Shown piece by piece: positions 63,294-64,000 of a stretch of 64,000 nt of DNA (the stretch's first letter is position 1; the number at the start of each line of letters is the position of its first letter). The notes beneath the pieces are model-generated. The model saw only the letters and a program-made list of their open reading frames with translations. It was not told the origin of the DNA and did not search any database. Origin of the DNA: a virus; the IMG/VR virus record IMGVR_UViG_3300045988_168611, positions 32,001 through 96,000 of that record; one strand, 5' to 3'. Made by a program: the position numbers and the translations under genes.

Positions 63294-63857
63294 TCACCAC
63301 GTGAGGTGGAACATGATCGGGTCAGGGTACAACCGATCGAGCTTCAGGATCGGCTCAACGAAGCTAACCGTGCGTTCCAAGAACGCGCGGTAATCTTTGA
63401 AGTCAACCTGCTTGAGCATCTCGAAAGGAACCGGGAGATTCATCTCGATCGCGCGCAGGATGACATCAGCCGACTTGTCGTTGTCTGCGTATGCAGCGTT
63501 GTTGAGCACGCGCCGCATGGCCTGGCAGCTAGAGATGAGATCATCGAGCTGACCAAGATCGCTGATTCGGTAGCCCTGGTACAGATCAGCCTGGTCAGGT
63601 TCATCCATGTAGTTCGCAGCAGTCTTCTTGAAGAAATGGGACAGGGCGTTAGCCTCTGCACCATTCCACTGAGCGAGCAGTTCCTCATAAGGAAGCTGCT
63701 CGATGACGTCACGCATGTCTCCCAGCTTCATCGATGCAGCAAGATGTGCAGTCATCGACGGGTACATGTTCGCAAGTGCGATCTGACGCAGTTCCATCTG
63801 CGTGTTAGGCGGGACATCCGAAATGTCTCGGAGGTAAACAAGCTGTGCTCCGTTCAT
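63294..63857 (-). CDS. Hypothetical protein (187 aa)
   Basis: GGAAGGAG lies upstream of the ATG. No motif recognised. Confidence 0.6.
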   Translation of the reverse strand: MNGAQLVYLRDISDVPPNTQMELRQIALANMYPSMTAHLAASMKLGDMRDVIEQLPYEELLAQWNGAEANALSHFFKKTAANYMDEPDQADLYQGYRISDLGQLDDLISSCQAMRRVLNNAAYADNDKSADVILRAIEMNLPVPFEMLKQVDFKDYRAFLERTVSFVEPILKLDRLYPDPIMFHLTW

Positions 63858-64000
63858 GATGAGGGCACTCCTTCCTATGATTGTATGAGGGGTTAGTCAG
63901 TGATAGTGGTCGATTCTGTGTTCCTGATCAGATCAATGATGCGATCCAGACCGAGACGTAGGAAGGATGTTTCCTGACTTTCCGGGACGCCGTGCGTGCG

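Larger units (their letters stand above)
1..64000. mobile_element. Internal segment of a large conjugative plasmid/ICE or phage-plasmid-like element (no ends in window)
   Basis: A VirD4/TraG-type coupling protein occurs together with a self-contained phage-like replication gene set, an iteron origin, a toxin gene and many ORFans. No housekeeping chromosomal genes were recognised. Confidence 0.6.

Noticed and set aside
1-64000. Search for integrase, transposase, relaxase, ParA/ParB, T4SS channel genes, tRNA and rRNA.
   Set aside because: No translation in the ORF track showed the corresponding hallmark motifs (tyrosine recombinase R..H..R..Y box, DDE, relaxase HxH/Y motifs, deviant Walker A KGGxxK). 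I conclude they lie outside this window rather than being absent from the element.

Overview
GC-rich, densely coded 64-kb segment with no rRNA, tRNA, CRISPR, transposase, integrase or relaxase that I could recognise. It reads like backbone of a large conjugative plasmid/ICE, or a phage-plasmid hybrid, from a high-GC Gram-positive host (AAGGAGG-type RBSs, an LAxTG sorting signal). Element boundaries are not in the window.

Layout:
- 1-9.4 kb: a Clp-like AAA+ module (5' truncated), an acidic coiled-coil tail-anchored protein, a VirD4/TraG-type coupling protein, and a convergent zinc-ribbon-repeat endonuclease-like gene.
- 9.6-18.6 kb (+): an operon led by an 1816-aa single-chain beta/beta-prime-type RNA polymerase. 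Its product and the next 2-3 products share a ...VDDGFEL-type acidic C-terminal tail.
- 18.8-20.8 kb: an HU-like protein, a lower-GC orphan gene and a solitary MazF/PemK toxin.
- 20.9-30 kb (-): UvrD-like helicase, hypothetical, two-ring Clp-like ATPase, VWA protein and MoxR-like ATPase. These genes are separated by hairpins and TTTATTCA boxes.
- 31-50.4 kb (mostly -): a phage-like replication set. It comprises an AEP primase-polymerase, gp2.5/DUF2815-like SSB, RarA, SNF2 helicase, NrdH, VRR-NUC, family-B DNA polymerase, D5/P4-type helicase and RecJ coupled to a CPBP protease. An iteron-rich candidate origin lies at 46.1-46.65 kb.
- 52.3-55.25 kb: a 2.9-kb coding desert holding a densely base-paired candidate large ncRNA (about 53.1-53.96 kb, + strand) and two different short-repeat arrays.
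- 55.2-57 kb: a secreted GH16 glycosidase.
- 57-64 kb: mainly minus-strand ORFans. Three of them are preceded by a conserved about 95-nt element containing a hairpin with compensatory changes.

Most interesting: the RNAP with the shared tails, the structured RNA island, and the repeated regulatory hairpins and boxes. All calls come from by-eye motif reading; no searches or computations were run.
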